A stretch of 64,000 nt of DNA, from NCBI GenBank assembly GCA_041654895.1, contig JBAZCR010000001.1:11057-75056 (forward strand), in the 5' to 3' direction. The position numbers and the translations under genes were made by a program. A model generated the notes under the pieces. It did not search any database and was not told the origin of the DNA. It was given only the letters and a program-made list of their open reading frames with translations. Within the stretch, counting starts at the first letter, position 1. Each line of letters starts with the position of its first letter. This stretch comes from Candidatus Pacearchaeota archaeon. GTDB taxonomy: Archaea > Nanobdellota > Nanobdellia > Pacearchaeales > GW2011-AR1. This document shows, piece after piece, positions 1-9,704 of this stretch.

Positions 1-318
1 ATTTTCATTAATCTTTAAAGTGAATGGAGCCATAAAAAAACTTTGATAATCTTTTGTAAATGTTCCTGATTTAATAGTATAACTTGCTTGAGATGACGGA
101 TCTAGAGTAAAAGGATAATTTTCTACAATTCCTAAAGAGATATCTCCACACTCATTTGAACTAATACCATTTACCTGAAAAACTATTTTAACTGTTTCTC
201 CGGGAACTGCTGGATAAGGCTCTTGATTTAAAAGAGATATATCTAAATTACAAGCATTTGCTAAAATAAAGTTAAAACTAAGGCAAAATATAAATAAAAA
301 TAATAAACCTCTTTTCAT
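1..318 (-). CDS. Secreted S-layer/CARDB-like domain protein (COG1361-type); 5' part, runs off window start
   Basis: Translated by hand from ATG at 318: MKRGLLFLFIFCLSFNFILANACNLDISLLNQEPYPAVPGETVKIVFQV...; signal peptide plus 'QEPYPAxPGE' motif; open to position 1. Confidence 0.65.
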   Translation of the reverse strand, partial: MKRGLLFLFIFCLSFNFILANACNLDISLLNQEPYPAVPGETVKIVFQVNGISSNECGDISLGIVENYPFTLDPSSQASYTIKSGTFTKDYQSFFMAPFTLKINEN

Positions 319-432
319 AAATAGGATAAAATAAAATTGTTTTTAAGTCTTTTGTTCTCTTTATTAAAAATTATATAACAAGACTCTATAAATATTTAAA
401 AAGAACCTTATTAAATTTGTTTAAAAGAAGAG

Positions 433-639
433 ATGGTAAAGAAATGTATATATTGCTCTGAAGAAATAGAAGATTATTGCGTTGTAGATATGTGTTCGAG
501 ATGTATGTATCAAGTTTGGGGAGAAAAAATGACTAGAGCAATTATAGAAAATATGGAAAAAGAGAAAAAAAATGGAAACCTTGAATTAGGTAGAGTTAGT
601 GAAGAGTCAAAAGTTAAATTAGAAACAGAAGATTTTTGA
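433..639 (+). CDS. Small zinc-finger protein
   Basis: CIYC...CSRC pair of CxxC motifs; TATA-like element upstream. Confidence 0.6.
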   Translation: MVKKCIYCSEEIEDYCVVDMCSRCMYQVWGEKMTRAIIENMEKEKKNGNLELGRVSEESKVKLETEDF

Positions 640-759
640 ATTTAGGTGCTTGTGAAAACATTTTTAAAGGGTTTTTTTCTTAACATAATAGGATAGTTTT
701 GTCCGAGTTGGAAACAGCGAGAAAATAGAGGAGTTCTTGTTGTTATTTAAAAAAATAAA

Positions 760-1008
760 ATGGTTAGAGGAAAAAGAATTAGGCAAAAGGGAAAAATAAA
801 ACTTAGTGAATACTTTAAAAAATTAGATGATGGAGAAAGAGTTGCAGTTGTTGTTGAAAAAGGTTTAAGAGCTTCTTTTCCAAAAAGATTACAAGGACGA
901 AGTGGAGCAATAATTGGAACAAGAGGAAAATTTAAATTAGTTAAAATAAATGATAAGAACAAGTTAAAAACATATATAATACACCCTGTTCATTTAAAGA
1001 GATTATAA
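760..1008 (+). CDS. rpl21e: 50S ribosomal protein L21e
   Basis: 'PKRLQGRSGAIIG' and C-terminal 'HPVHLK'; heads the conserved L21e-Rpo4-DUF655 cluster. Confidence 0.92.
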   Translation: MVRGKRIRQKGKIKLSEYFKKLDDGERVAVVVEKGLRASFPKRLQGRSGAIIGTRGKFKLVKINDKNKLKTYIIHPVHLKRL

Positions 1009-1310
1009 TGGTTATAAAAGAAGAAAAAGCATTAACAATTACCGAAGTAATAGACTTAGTTGAAAAATCAAGTAAAGAATATGAAATAAAAAACTTCTTA
1101 AAACAATTTAATAAAAATACTTTAGAAGATGTAAAAAATATGAAAGAAGAATTAAAAAATCTAGAAATATTAAAATTAAAAGAAATACATATTACTAAGA
1201 TAATTGATTTTAAACCTACTGAAGTTTCTGAATTAAATAAAATAATTAGTGATGTTAGTCTAGATAATGACGAAATTACTAAGATAATTGATGTTATCAA
1301 GAAATATTAA
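1008..1310 (+). CDS. rpoF: RNA polymerase subunit Rpo4 (RpoF)
   Basis: Between rpl21e and DUF655; 'KIIDFKP' HRDC-like motif; TAATG coupling. Confidence 0.85.
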   Translation: MVIKEEKALTITEVIDLVEKSSKEYEIKNFLKQFNKNTLEDVKNMKEELKNLEILKLKEIHITKIIDFKPTEVSELNKIISDVSLDNDEITKIIDVIKKY

Positions 1311-1852
1311 TGAAAATGGCAAGAGAAGACTATGCAATAATATTAGATTTTTTACCTTATGGTTATCCTTTAGAGAACAAAATGATACCAATAGCCCAGG
1401 CTATTGGAAAAAATAATTTTACTCTCTTACAAATTGTTCCTAGAAAGGGAATGAAATTTGAGATAGGAGAGGAAGTGTATATTGGAGAAAAGAAACGAGA
1501 TAAAGTTCAATATATTTTAGGGAGATGTCCTAGAGAAAAATTGACACAAAACTCAAAAATGCAATTATTAGAGCATATTAAAAAATCAATAGATGAAGAC
1601 GAAGAAAGATTTGTTTCTTTTTTTAATAAGGCTGAACCTATTAATACAAGACTTCACCAATTTGAATTACTTCCAGGATTTGGAAAAAAGCACACTCTAA
1701 CAATATTAAATGCAAGAAATGAAAAAGAATTTAAATCGTTTCAAGATATTAAAGAAAGAGCTTCAAATATTCCAGACCCAAAAAAAGCAATTGAAAGGAG
1801 AATATTTGAAGAATTAACTAACATCGAAAGATATAATATGTTTATAAGTTAA
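1310..1852 (+). CDS. DUF655 family nucleic-acid-binding protein
   Basis: 'YAIILDFLP', 'AQAIGKNNFTLL', 'RLHQFELLPGFGKK' HhH; conserved synteny. Confidence 0.9.
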   Translation: MKMAREDYAIILDFLPYGYPLENKMIPIAQAIGKNNFTLLQIVPRKGMKFEIGEEVYIGEKKRDKVQYILGRCPREKLTQNSKMQLLEHIKKSIDEDEERFVSFFNKAEPINTRLHQFELLPGFGKKHTLTILNARNEKEFKSFQDIKERASNIPDPKKAIERRIFEELTNIERYNMFIS

Positions 1853-1853
1853 A

Positions 1854-2321
1854 ATGGAAGGAAAAAAAGTAAAACACGAAGAAGAAAGCTATCAAGTCAG
1901 AAGATTACTTGGAAAGGACATTAGAGGTAATAAAAAAGTTTTAGCTGGTTTAACCAAAATAAAGGGGATAAGCTGGTCCTATTCTAATGCTATTTGTAAA
2001 ATACTAGATATTGATCAAAATAAAAGAGTGGGCGATTTAACAAATGAAGAAATAGACAAAATAGAAGAATTTATGAAAGACCCAAAAATGCATTCATTTT
2101 TAATGAATAGACAAAAAGATTTCTCAACAGGAGAAGATTATCATTATTATGGTGCTGATTTAAGCTTAAGAAATGAGTTTGATATTAAAAGATTAAAAAA
2201 AATTAGATCTTATAGAGGAATTAGACATACAACAAAACTTCCTGTGAGAGGTCAAAGGACTAAATCAAATTTTAGACTAAATAAAAATAAAAGTGGTGCA
2301 GGAATAAAAAAGAAAGCATAA
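1854..2321 (+). CDS. rps13: 30S ribosomal protein S13
   Basis: 'LTKIKGI', 'SYRGIRH..KLPVRGQRTKSN'. Confidence 0.96.
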   Translation: MEGKKVKHEEESYQVRRLLGKDIRGNKKVLAGLTKIKGISWSYSNAICKILDIDQNKRVGDLTNEEIDKIEEFMKDPKMHSFLMNRQKDFSTGEDYHYYGADLSLRNEFDIKRLKKIRSYRGIRHTTKLPVRGQRTKSNFRLNKNKSGAGIKKKA

Positions 2322-2332
2322 GGAGCGATTAA

Positions 2333-2836
2333 ATGGGAGAAATTAAAAGAAAAAGAAAAAAATACTCTAGACCAAGAAAAATGTTTGATAGAGCTAGAAT
2401 TGATGCTGAAAATTTAATTGTAGAGGAATATGGTTTAAAGAATAAAAAAGAAATTTGGAGAGTAAATAGTCAAGTATCTAAACTAAGGTCTCGTGCAAAA
2501 GAATTAATTAGATCAAATAGCGAAGAGCAAAAATCTTACTTTGAAAAATTAAATAAATTAGGCTTTAATATTAAAGAAATTAGTGATGTTCTTGCTTTAA
2601 CTGAAAGAGATTTATTAGAAAGAAGATTGCAAACCATTGTTTATAAAAAGGGGTTATCTAACAGTATTAAACAAGCAAGACAACTAATAGCACATAAACA
2701 TGTTCTTGTTGATGGTTGTGCGGTAAGTGCTCCTTCTTTTTGGGTTGAAAAAGACTTAGAGAATAAAATTTCTTTAAAACCAAGAAAAGAAAAGAGAATA
2801 AAGTCTAATAAATCAGAGGATATTGAAGAAGAATAA
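2333..2836 (+). CDS. rps4: 30S ribosomal protein S4
   Basis: 'EYGLKNKKEIW', 'LERRLQTIVY', 'QARQLIAHKH'. Confidence 0.96.
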   Translation: MGEIKRKRKKYSRPRKMFDRARIDAENLIVEEYGLKNKKEIWRVNSQVSKLRSRAKELIRSNSEEQKSYFEKLNKLGFNIKEISDVLALTERDLLERRLQTIVYKKGLSNSIKQARQLIAHKHVLVDGCAVSAPSFWVEKDLENKISLKPRKEKRIKSNKSEDIEEE

Positions 2837-2837
2837 A

Positions 2838-3230
2838 ATGGCTAAGAAGAAAAATGATGAACATACAGGGATACTACATATTTATGCTAGTTTTAATAAT
2901 ACTATTGCAACACTTACAGATTTATCTGGAACAACTATTGGAAGAACAAGTGGCGGTCAGATAACAAAACATGACAGAATGAAGGCAAATCCTACAATTG
3001 CGATGTTTATTGCTAAAAAGATATTGGAGATTTGTAAAGATTATAAAATTACAAATTTATATATTAAGATGAAAGGTCAAACTGGAGAAAAAGGTATTGG
3101 TCCTGGTGCTCATACAATAGTTAAAACACTAACAAAAGAAGGATTAAAGATATTAAGCTTAACAGAAGTAACTTGTGTTCCAAGAGGCGGACCAAAGAAG
3201 AGTGGGGGAAGGAGGGGAAGAAGAGTATAA
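2838..3230 (+). CDS. rps11: 30S ribosomal protein S11
   Basis: 'HIYASFNNT', 'GPGA', C-terminal 'GGRRGRRV'; ATG at 2838 follows the rps4 stop. Confidence 0.95.
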   Translation: MAKKKNDEHTGILHIYASFNNTIATLTDLSGTTIGRTSGGQITKHDRMKANPTIAMFIAKKILEICKDYKITNLYIKMKGQTGEKGIGPGAHTIVKTLTKEGLKILSLTEVTCVPRGGPKKSGGRRGRRV

Positions 3231-3262
3231 ATTTATAAATAAATTTAAATCAAAAATATATA

Positions 3263-3967
3263 ATGGAAATAATCGAACAAAATAAAGAAAAAATAAAATT
3301 TATTGCTGAGACAAATGTAAGCCTAGCAAATGCTATTAGAAGGAGTGTCAGTGAAATTCCAACTTTGGCGATTAAAGAAGTTGATTTCTATAAAAATGAT
3401 AGTGCATTATATGATGAAATTATAGCCCATAGGTTAGGTTTAATCCCTTTAAAAAACCAAAAATTAAAACAAGGTGAATTAATAGAGTTAAAATTAAAGA
3501 AAAAATCTAAAGATGAGAATACTTTTGTTAAGGCTGGAGAATTAGGAAATGATGTTGTTTATTCTGAAATGCCAATTGTTTTATTAGGAAAGAATCAAGA
3601 AATTGAGCTTGTAGCAAAAGCAGGTGTAGGTATTGGTTTAGAACATTCAAAATATGTCCCAGGATTATTATATTATAAACAATTACCCAAAATAAAAATA
3701 ACAAAAGAAGGTGAATCACATATTGAATTAGCTAATGATTATCCAGATGTTTTTGAATTCAAAGATAAATTAAGAGTAAAAGATGCAACACAATGTGAAA
3801 TTGATAATGATGACTTAAAGAATTTCCCAGGCGTTGAGATTAGTTTAAGTAAGGAAATAGTATTTAATATAGAATCTTGGGGACAAATTGATGCAAAAAA
3901 TATATTTAATGAAGCTTGTAAAGTATTAAAATCAAACCTCTTGGAAGTATCTCGGGCATTAAAATAA
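3263..3967 (+). CDS. rpoD: RNA polymerase subunit Rpo3 (RpoD)
   Basis: 'LANAIRR', 'NDSALYDEIIAHRLGLIPL'; no Fe-S cysteine cluster visible. Confidence 0.95.
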   Translation: MEIIEQNKEKIKFIAETNVSLANAIRRSVSEIPTLAIKEVDFYKNDSALYDEIIAHRLGLIPLKNQKLKQGELIELKLKKKSKDENTFVKAGELGNDVVYSEMPIVLLGKNQEIELVAKAGVGIGLEHSKYVPGLLYYKQLPKIKITKEGESHIELANDYPDVFEFKDKLRVKDATQCEIDNDDLKNFPGVEISLSKEIVFNIESWGQIDAKNIFNEACKVLKSNLLEVSRALK

Positions 3968-3971
3968 AAAT

Positions 3972-4054
3972 GAGGAGATGCCGGAGCGGTCAAACGGGGT
4001 ACGTTAAGGGCGTATTGGTTTTTACCTACGGGGGTTCGAATCCTCCTCTCCTCA
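3972..4054 (+). tRNA. tRNA-Leu, anticodon AAG (type II, long variable arm; no encoded CCA)
   Basis: Acceptor GAGGAGA/TCTCCTC; anticodon stem GTACG/CGTAT with loop TT-AAG-GG; T loop TTCGAAT; body nearly identical to tRNA-Leu(TAG) at 33783-33865. Confidence 0.9.
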
Positions 4055-4066
4055 TTAAAATAAAAA

Positions 4067-4423
4067 ATGAAAATAAGTAAAACGAAAATAGAAAATAGAA
4101 TGAAAAAAAAGAAAGATTTACTTTTAGTTAAAACGATAATTCTTTTAAAAAAGACTAATCCAGAGGTAGCCAAAGAATTAGCAAAACCAAAAAGAAAATG
4201 GCCCTCAATTAATTTAAAGGATTTACAATTAGTTGAAGGAGATATTGTTGTTGCTGGAAAAGTTTTAAGTGCTGGAGAGATAAGTGATCCTAAAAAAATA
4301 GTTGCTTGGTCTTTTAGCCAAAAAGCAAAAGAAAAAATAGAAGAATCTAAAGGAAAAGCAATTTTAATAAGTGAAGAAATTAAAAAAAATCCTGAATTAA
4401 ATAATTTGATTATAGTAAAATAA
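4067..4423 (+). CDS. rpl18e: 50S ribosomal protein L18e
   Basis: 'IVVAGKVLSAG', 'AWSFSQKAKEKI'; synteny. Confidence 0.92.
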   Translation: MKISKTKIENRMKKKKDLLLVKTIILLKKTNPEVAKELAKPKRKWPSINLKDLQLVEGDIVVAGKVLSAGEISDPKKIVAWSFSQKAKEKIEESKGKAILISEEIKKNPELNNLIIVK

Positions 4424-4424
4424 A

Positions 4425-4838
4425 ATGGTAAAAATAATAGTTAATGGTAAAGATGCAATTTTAGGTAGAATGGGTAGTTATGTTTCTAAGGAATTGCTAA
4501 AAGGAAACTCTATTGATATAATTAATAGTGAAGAAGTTGTTATCTCTGGGAAAAAAGAATATATGATTGAAAAAATAAAGAGAAAAAGAAGAATGGGACA
4601 AGGAAGTTCATTAAAAGGCCCAAGATATATTAGAAGGGAAGACATGTTATTAAAAAGAATGATTAGAGGAATGTTACCCTGGGATAGGCAAAAGGGAAGA
4701 GATGCCTATAAGAGATTAAGATGTTATATAGGGGATAATAATTTAACAGAGGAACAAAAGAAAAAAACTAAAAATTTTGAACATCACTTGCCATTAAATC
4801 ATTATAAATTAAAAGAAGTTGTTAAGGGGTTAATATGA
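4425..4838 (+). CDS. rpl13: 50S ribosomal protein L13
   Basis: 'ILGRMGS', 'KRMIRGMLP', 'GRDAYKRLRCYIG'. Confidence 0.95.
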   Translation: MVKIIVNGKDAILGRMGSYVSKELLKGNSIDIINSEEVVISGKKEYMIEKIKRKRRMGQGSSLKGPRYIRREDMLLKRMIRGMLPWDRQKGRDAYKRLRCYIGDNNLTEEQKKKTKNFEHHLPLNHYKLKEVVKGLI

Positions 4839-5236
4839 ATAATATTGTAGTTACAGGAAAAAGAAAGAGTGCTATTGCAAAAGCCACAATAAAAGAAGGA
4901 ACAGGAAACATTACTATAAACAGAAGACCAATTTCTCAATTACCTTATTTACAACAATTAGAGGTAAATGAGCCCTTAATATTAACTCATGAAATATTAG
5001 GTAATTTAAATTTTGACGTTAGTGTAAATGTTAAGGGTGGTGGAACTTCATCAAGAATTGAGGCATCAAGACTTGCTATAGCAAGAGCAATTTTAAAATA
5101 TTTTAATAACGAAGAACTTAGAAGAACTTTTATTACCTATGATAGAAATATGGTGGTAGCAGATACTAGAAGAAAAGAAGCCTGTAAACCCGGGGATTCT
5201 AAAGCAAGAGCAAAAAGACAAACAAGTTTTAGATAA
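4835..5236 (+). CDS. rps9: 30S ribosomal protein S9
   Basis: 'GKRKSAIA', 'VKGGG', 'ARAKRQTSFR'. Confidence 0.96.
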   Translation: MNNIVVTGKRKSAIAKATIKEGTGNITINRRPISQLPYLQQLEVNEPLILTHEILGNLNFDVSVNVKGGGTSSRIEASRLAIARAILKYFNNEELRRTFITYDRNMVVADTRRKEACKPGDSKARAKRQTSFR

Positions 5237-6386
5237 GATTAAAAATTAATTTTAAAAAGTGAACAATTTTTTCTCCACCCAATTGTATTACAATTCCAAA
5301 GATAAATACTAAACTTAACAAAAAAATTGCAATTTTATTTAATGGAACTGAATACTCGGGAATTCTTTTTCCTTTTTGTTTTGATTTAAAATTCATAACT
5401 AATATTAAAATGCCAGTTGAACCTCCTGTAACTACTCCAGCAAAGGATAAAATTTGAACAAAAGAAGCTAATTTAAAAAAATGAATTATTAAGAACATAA
5501 TGATTGGAGCAATTGAGCAGATGAGCCATGCGTGATTTCTTTTAACATTAAAATCAAACCTAAACATGTCTCTTAGTGATATATTAAGGGATAAATAACT
5601 TGTAAAAATAGCTATAGCTCCTAAAACAGCAAAACCTCTTCCCAAAGCTAATGTTGCAATCTCAGGAACTTGTTTTCCAAAATTTCCTAGTAAGACCAAA
5701 GTGAATAAAGAATAAACTACAAAAGGAATTAAAACTCCAAGAATAATAGATTTTTTCATCCAATTTTCTTTTCCTAATAGCAATCTTTTAGCTGAAGGAA
5801 TAGAAGAGAAAGATGTGAAAGAGAACAATACAATCCCAAAAGGAAAGAAGAAATTTTCTGGTTCAACAAATGTTAAGTTATCCATTTTTATTGAAGGAGT
5901 ATAAAATAATATAATTAAAAAAATAAATCCTAATATAAAATAAAACCCTACTTTTCCATATAGTTTTAATGCTCTAAGTCCGATATATGTTAGAATAGAA
6001 AGTAAAATCCAGAAAATAATTGAAAAAAGTAAGGCATAATTATTTGTTCCAGAAAAAATATAAGATAGGCTCTCACCTCCACCAATTATATATGCAATTA
6101 ATGTTGAAAAAATGTAAAAAATCATAATGAAAAGAGTTAATTTTTTTCCTTTATTACCTAAATATCTCTTTGCATAACCTGTTAATTGGCTATTTCCCTT
6201 TGTTCTTAAAATAATTTCTCCTAAACAAAGTTGAACAAATAAAACAAATAAACCAATTAAAATTAGATAGATAAAACCAATCAAAAATCCGGTTTTAGCA
6301 ATGATATAAGGTAAGCCTAAAAAACCTGCACCCATTGCCGTCCCTGCAATTAATGAAACAGGGTTTGATAATTTTTTTTTCACCAT
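5229..6386 (-). CDS. Aromatic amino acid permease (TyrP/HAAAP family)
   Basis: 'LIAGTAMGAGFLGLPY' N-terminal motif; about 11 TM helices. Confidence 0.85.
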   Translation of the reverse strand: MVKKKLSNPVSLIAGTAMGAGFLGLPYIIAKTGFLIGFIYLILIGLFVLFVQLCLGEIILRTKGNSQLTGYAKRYLGNKGKKLTLFIMIFYIFSTLIAYIIGGGESLSYIFSGTNNYALLFSIIFWILLSILTYIGLRALKLYGKVGFYFILGFIFLIILFYTPSIKMDNLTFVEPENFFFPFGIVLFSFTSFSSIPSAKRLLLGKENWMKKSIILGVLIPFVVYSLFTLVLLGNFGKQVPEIATLALGRGFAVLGAIAIFTSYLSLNISLRDMFRFDFNVKRNHAWLICSIAPIIMFLIIHFFKLASFVQILSFAGVVTGGSTGILILVMNFKSKQKGKRIPEYSVPLNKIAIFLLSLVFIFGIVIQLGGEKIVHFLKLIFNLI

Positions 6387-6470
6387 CTTATAAATAACAA
6401 ATTAAGTCTAAACTTAAATATCTTTTGAAAAAAATAAAATATTTATAAATTAAATCAAATTAATAATTAA

Positions 6471-9128
6471 ATGAAGAAAGAGGAGATTGTTGGTTTATCT
6501 AGTGCAGAATCTAAAAAAAGATTAGAAGAACACGGGTTTAATGAAATTAAAGATGTAAATAAAATATCTTCTTTTAAAATATTAATTAGACAAGTAAAAA
6601 GTAATTTCATTATTTATCTTTTGTTAGTTGCTATGATTTTATCTTTTCTTGTAAGTAAAAATATTACAGCCTACGTTTTACTTTTTGTTATACTAATATT
6701 AGTTACAACAGGATTTATTCAGGAATATAAGGCAGAAAAGTCAGTCCAAGCTCTTAAAAAAATGATTACTTCTACATGTCTTGTATTAAGAGATGGAAAA
6801 GAAAAAGAAATATATGTAAAAGAGCTTGTTCCAGGAGATATTTTAATTTTGAGAAATGGAGAAAAAATTCCTGCAGATTGTTTAATATTATATAAAAAGG
6901 AATTGTTAGTTAATGAATCTGTTTTAACCGGAGAAGCACATGAAATAAAAAAGGAGATAGCTATAGATCCTCAAAAATATGAAGATAAAAATGTGTTATT
7001 TATGGGTTCTTTTATTGTCCGTGGAAAAGCAATAGCAAAAGTAATTCATACTGGAATGAATACTAAATTTGGAAAGATTGCTAAATTAATATCCAAGAGT
7101 GAAAAAGAATTACTTTTACAAAAAAAAGTAAATAATATTGCAAAGTACATGGCCACCATAGGTCTATTTTTTTCAATTTTAACTGGACTAATAATTTTAT
7201 TTAGAGCTCCAGAGTTGAATAACCAAGTAATTGTTGAAGCATTAATTCTTGTTATTGCTGTTGCAGTATCATCATTTCCTGAAGGGTTTCCTGTTGTTTT
7301 AATTACAGCATTAGCCACAGGCTCATATAGGATGGCAAAGAAAAATGCCATTGTAAATAGAATGTCAATTATTGAAACATTAGGAGAAACGACAGTTATT
7401 TGTTCAGATAAAACTGGAACAATTACAAAAGGGGAAATGACAGTTACAAACATTTATTCTGATAATAAAGAATATACACTTTCTGGAACTGGTTATAATG
7501 ACAAAGGGAATTTTTATTTAGATAATAAGCCCGTAACTCTAGATAAAGAAAAATCCTTACAATTGTTATTAAAAGCAGGAATATATTGTAATGATGCGCA
7601 TATATATAGGAGTGGTCAAGAAGAGGGTGATTTTGATATAAATGGAACTCCAACAGAGGCTTCATTATTAATTGCAGCTTCAAAGGCAAAATTGTTTTAT
7701 GAGGATTTGTATTTTGATAGAAAAGAAGAGAATCCATTTTCATCTGAAAGAAAAATGATGTCTGTTTTAATTAAAGAAAAAAAAGAGAACTTTATTTACG
7801 CAAAAGGGGCCTTAGAAGTTTTATTAGATAAGTGCTCTTTTATTCAGAGAAATTCTGGAGTATATAGGCTTCTTGAAAAAGATAAAAAGAAAATATTAGA
7901 AGAAAATAAAAGATTTGGGAGTGAGTCATTAAGAACTTTAGCCTTTGCATATAAAATAACAAAAAATAATTTTAATAAAAAAATAGATTTTGAAAAGGAT
8001 TTAATCTTTTTAGGATTTGTAGGTATTAGAGACCCACCAAGAGAAGAGGTTAAAGAGTCTGTTAGGATGTGTAAAAAAGCAGGAATCAAAGTAAAGATGA
8101 TTACAGGAGATAGTAAAGAAACAGCTTATTCAATTGCAAAACAAATTGGTTTAGATAAAGGAAAAATTTTAGAAGGATTTGATATTGATAAATTAACTGA
8201 TGATGAACTAACAAGAATTGTTAATAAGACCGTTATTTTCGCGAGAGTAAGACCAGAACACAAATTAAGGATTGTAAAAGCACTAAAGGAGAATGGTGAA
8301 ATTGTTACAATGACAGGAGATGGAGTTAATGATGCTCCTGCACTAAAAGAAGCACATATTGGAGTTGCAATGGGCAAGAGCGGGACTGATGTTTCTCGTT
8401 CTGTTGCAGATTTAATTATTAAGGACGATGATTTCTCCACTATTGTTGATGCTATAAAAGAAGGAAGAACTATATTCAATAATATTAGAAAGTTTGTAAC
8501 ATATCAATTATCAGCTAATATAGCAGAATTAATAATTATTGTCATAGGCGCCTTATTAGTTCCTATTTTCGGTTGGCCAATCCCATTATTATTAGCATTG
8601 CAAATATTATTTATGAATATTGTAACTGATAATCTTCCTGCAATAACTTTAGGTTTAAACAAATCTTCTCAAGATATTATGGATGATAAACCAAGAGTAA
8701 AAGCACAGATTTTAAATAAGAATTTTGTACTAATTTTAATTTTCTCAGGAATATTTATGGCTTTGTTAGTCTTAATTACATTTTACTTTACATATAATAT
8801 CTTAGGTCAAACTATTGAAAGTGCAAGAACAACATCTTTAATTGCGCTAATATTTTTAGAAATTGCCGGTGCTTTTAATTTTAGAAGCTTCAGAAAAGGA
8901 ACAATTGGAAGATCTCTATTAACTAACCCTTCTTTAGCAATAGCTTCTTTTGTTTCAATTCTTGCAACAGTTTTGATAATTTATACTCCATTAAACATTA
9001 TATTTGAAACAGTTCATATACCTCTAATTGATTGGATTTTTGCTACAGGTCTTGGAATATTTTATATTATTGTATTTGATATTTTTAAAAAAATAAATGT
9101 AAAGAATCAAATACTAGATTTCAATTAA
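6471..9128 (+). CDS. Cation-transporting P-type ATPase (type II, Ca2+-like)
   Basis: DKTGT phosphorylation site, TGE, PEG, 'MTGDGVNDAPAL', 'KGALE'. Confidence 0.95.
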   Translation: MKKEEIVGLSSAESKKRLEEHGFNEIKDVNKISSFKILIRQVKSNFIIYLLLVAMILSFLVSKNITAYVLLFVILILVTTGFIQEYKAEKSVQALKKMITSTCLVLRDGKEKEIYVKELVPGDILILRNGEKIPADCLILYKKELLVNESVLTGEAHEIKKEIAIDPQKYEDKNVLFMGSFIVRGKAIAKVIHTGMNTKFGKIAKLISKSEKELLLQKKVNNIAKYMATIGLFFSILTGLIILFRAPELNNQVIVEALILVIAVAVSSFPEGFPVVLITALATGSYRMAKKNAIVNRMSIIETLGETTVICSDKTGTITKGEMTVTNIYSDNKEYTLSGTGYNDKGNFYLDNKPVTLDKEKSLQLLLKAGIYCNDAHIYRSGQEEGDFDINGTPTEASLLIAASKAKLFYEDLYFDRKEENPFSSERKMMSVLIKEKKENFIYAKGALEVLLDKCSFIQRNSGVYRLLEKDKKKILEENKRFGSESLRTLAFAYKITKNNFNKKIDFEKDLIFLGFVGIRDPPREEVKESVRMCKKAGIKVKMITGDSKETAYSIAKQIGLDKGKILEGFDIDKLTDDELTRIVNKTVIFARVRPEHKLRIVKALKENGEIVTMTGDGVNDAPALKEAHIGVAMGKSGTDVSRSVADLIIKDDDFSTIVDAIKEGRTIFNNIRKFVTYQLSANIAELIIIVIGALLVPIFGWPIPLLLALQILFMNIVTDNLPAITLGLNKSSQDIMDDKPRVKAQILNKNFVLILIFSGIFMALLVLITFYFTYNILGQTIESARTTSLIALIFLEIAGAFNFRSFRKGTIGRSLLTNPSLAIASFVSILATVLIIYTPLNIIFETVHIPLIDWIFATGLGIFYIIVFDIFKKINVKNQILDFN

Positions 9129-9682
9129 GGATATCTCTCAACAAAATTTTTATTGTTACGAGGTTTTAGAATTTTATTTAGCTTTCTCTGAGTAGCATAA
9201 AAAATCTCTGGATTAACTAAAGGAGTATGATTAGAAGGATACAATTGATTATTAAATTTTATTTCGCCTAGATAGGTCCTATTTTTTAAAATTTTTTTTA
9301 GACCATTTAATGAAATCCCGAAATCTTTAGAGAGCTTATTTAAAGAAATGTTTGAATTTAAAAATGTTTTAAAAATTAAAATAACTTTTGTTGAGTCTTC
9401 ATTTAATGTAAGAGCATTATTATGGATAGTATAACCAAAAGGAGCTCTTGTAACAGGATAACCCTGCTTTGCCTTAGCTTGCATTCCGGATAACTGTTTT
9501 TTTCCTGGTGTCGAATTATAAATCCTAAAAGTATCTAACATCTTCCAATCTATTTTTTCATTAATGTATTTTTCAAAATCCTTCTTGTTTTCTGGAGAAA
9601 ATGTCGAACAAATATTACATAGTGGCTGGTTAAATTTTAGGATATATCTTTTTTCATGATAACCACATTTTATGCATTTCAT
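9125..9682 (-). CDS. Zn-finger + large-serine-recombinase DNA-binding ('Recombinase') domain protein, lacking the catalytic resolvase domain
   Basis: Start MKCIKC...CNIC; 'GMQAKAKQG..RAPFGY', 'KILKNRTYLG', 'HTPLVNPEIFYATQ' match Recombinase-domain motifs; start set at ATG 9682 to avoid overlap. Confidence 0.7.
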   Translation of the reverse strand: MKCIKCGYHEKRYILKFNQPLCNICSTFSPENKKDFEKYINEKIDWKMLDTFRIYNSTPGKKQLSGMQAKAKQGYPVTRAPFGYTIHNNALTLNEDSTKVILIFKTFLNSNISLNKLSKDFGISLNGLKKILKNRTYLGEIKFNNQLYPSNHTPLVNPEIFYATQRKLNKILKPRNNKNFVERYP

Positions 9683-9704
9683 AACTAAATAAAAGGAGGG
9701 GTAT

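Noticed and set aside
4001..4012. Reading the first tRNA-Leu anticodon as TAA
   Set aside because: This needs a one-base shift that breaks the GTACG/CGTAT stem and puts G at position 32; alignment with the TAG paralog fixes the register at AAG.
5229..5240. rpoN/rpoK absent after rps9
   Set aside because: Operon breakage is common and the genes may lie outside the window.
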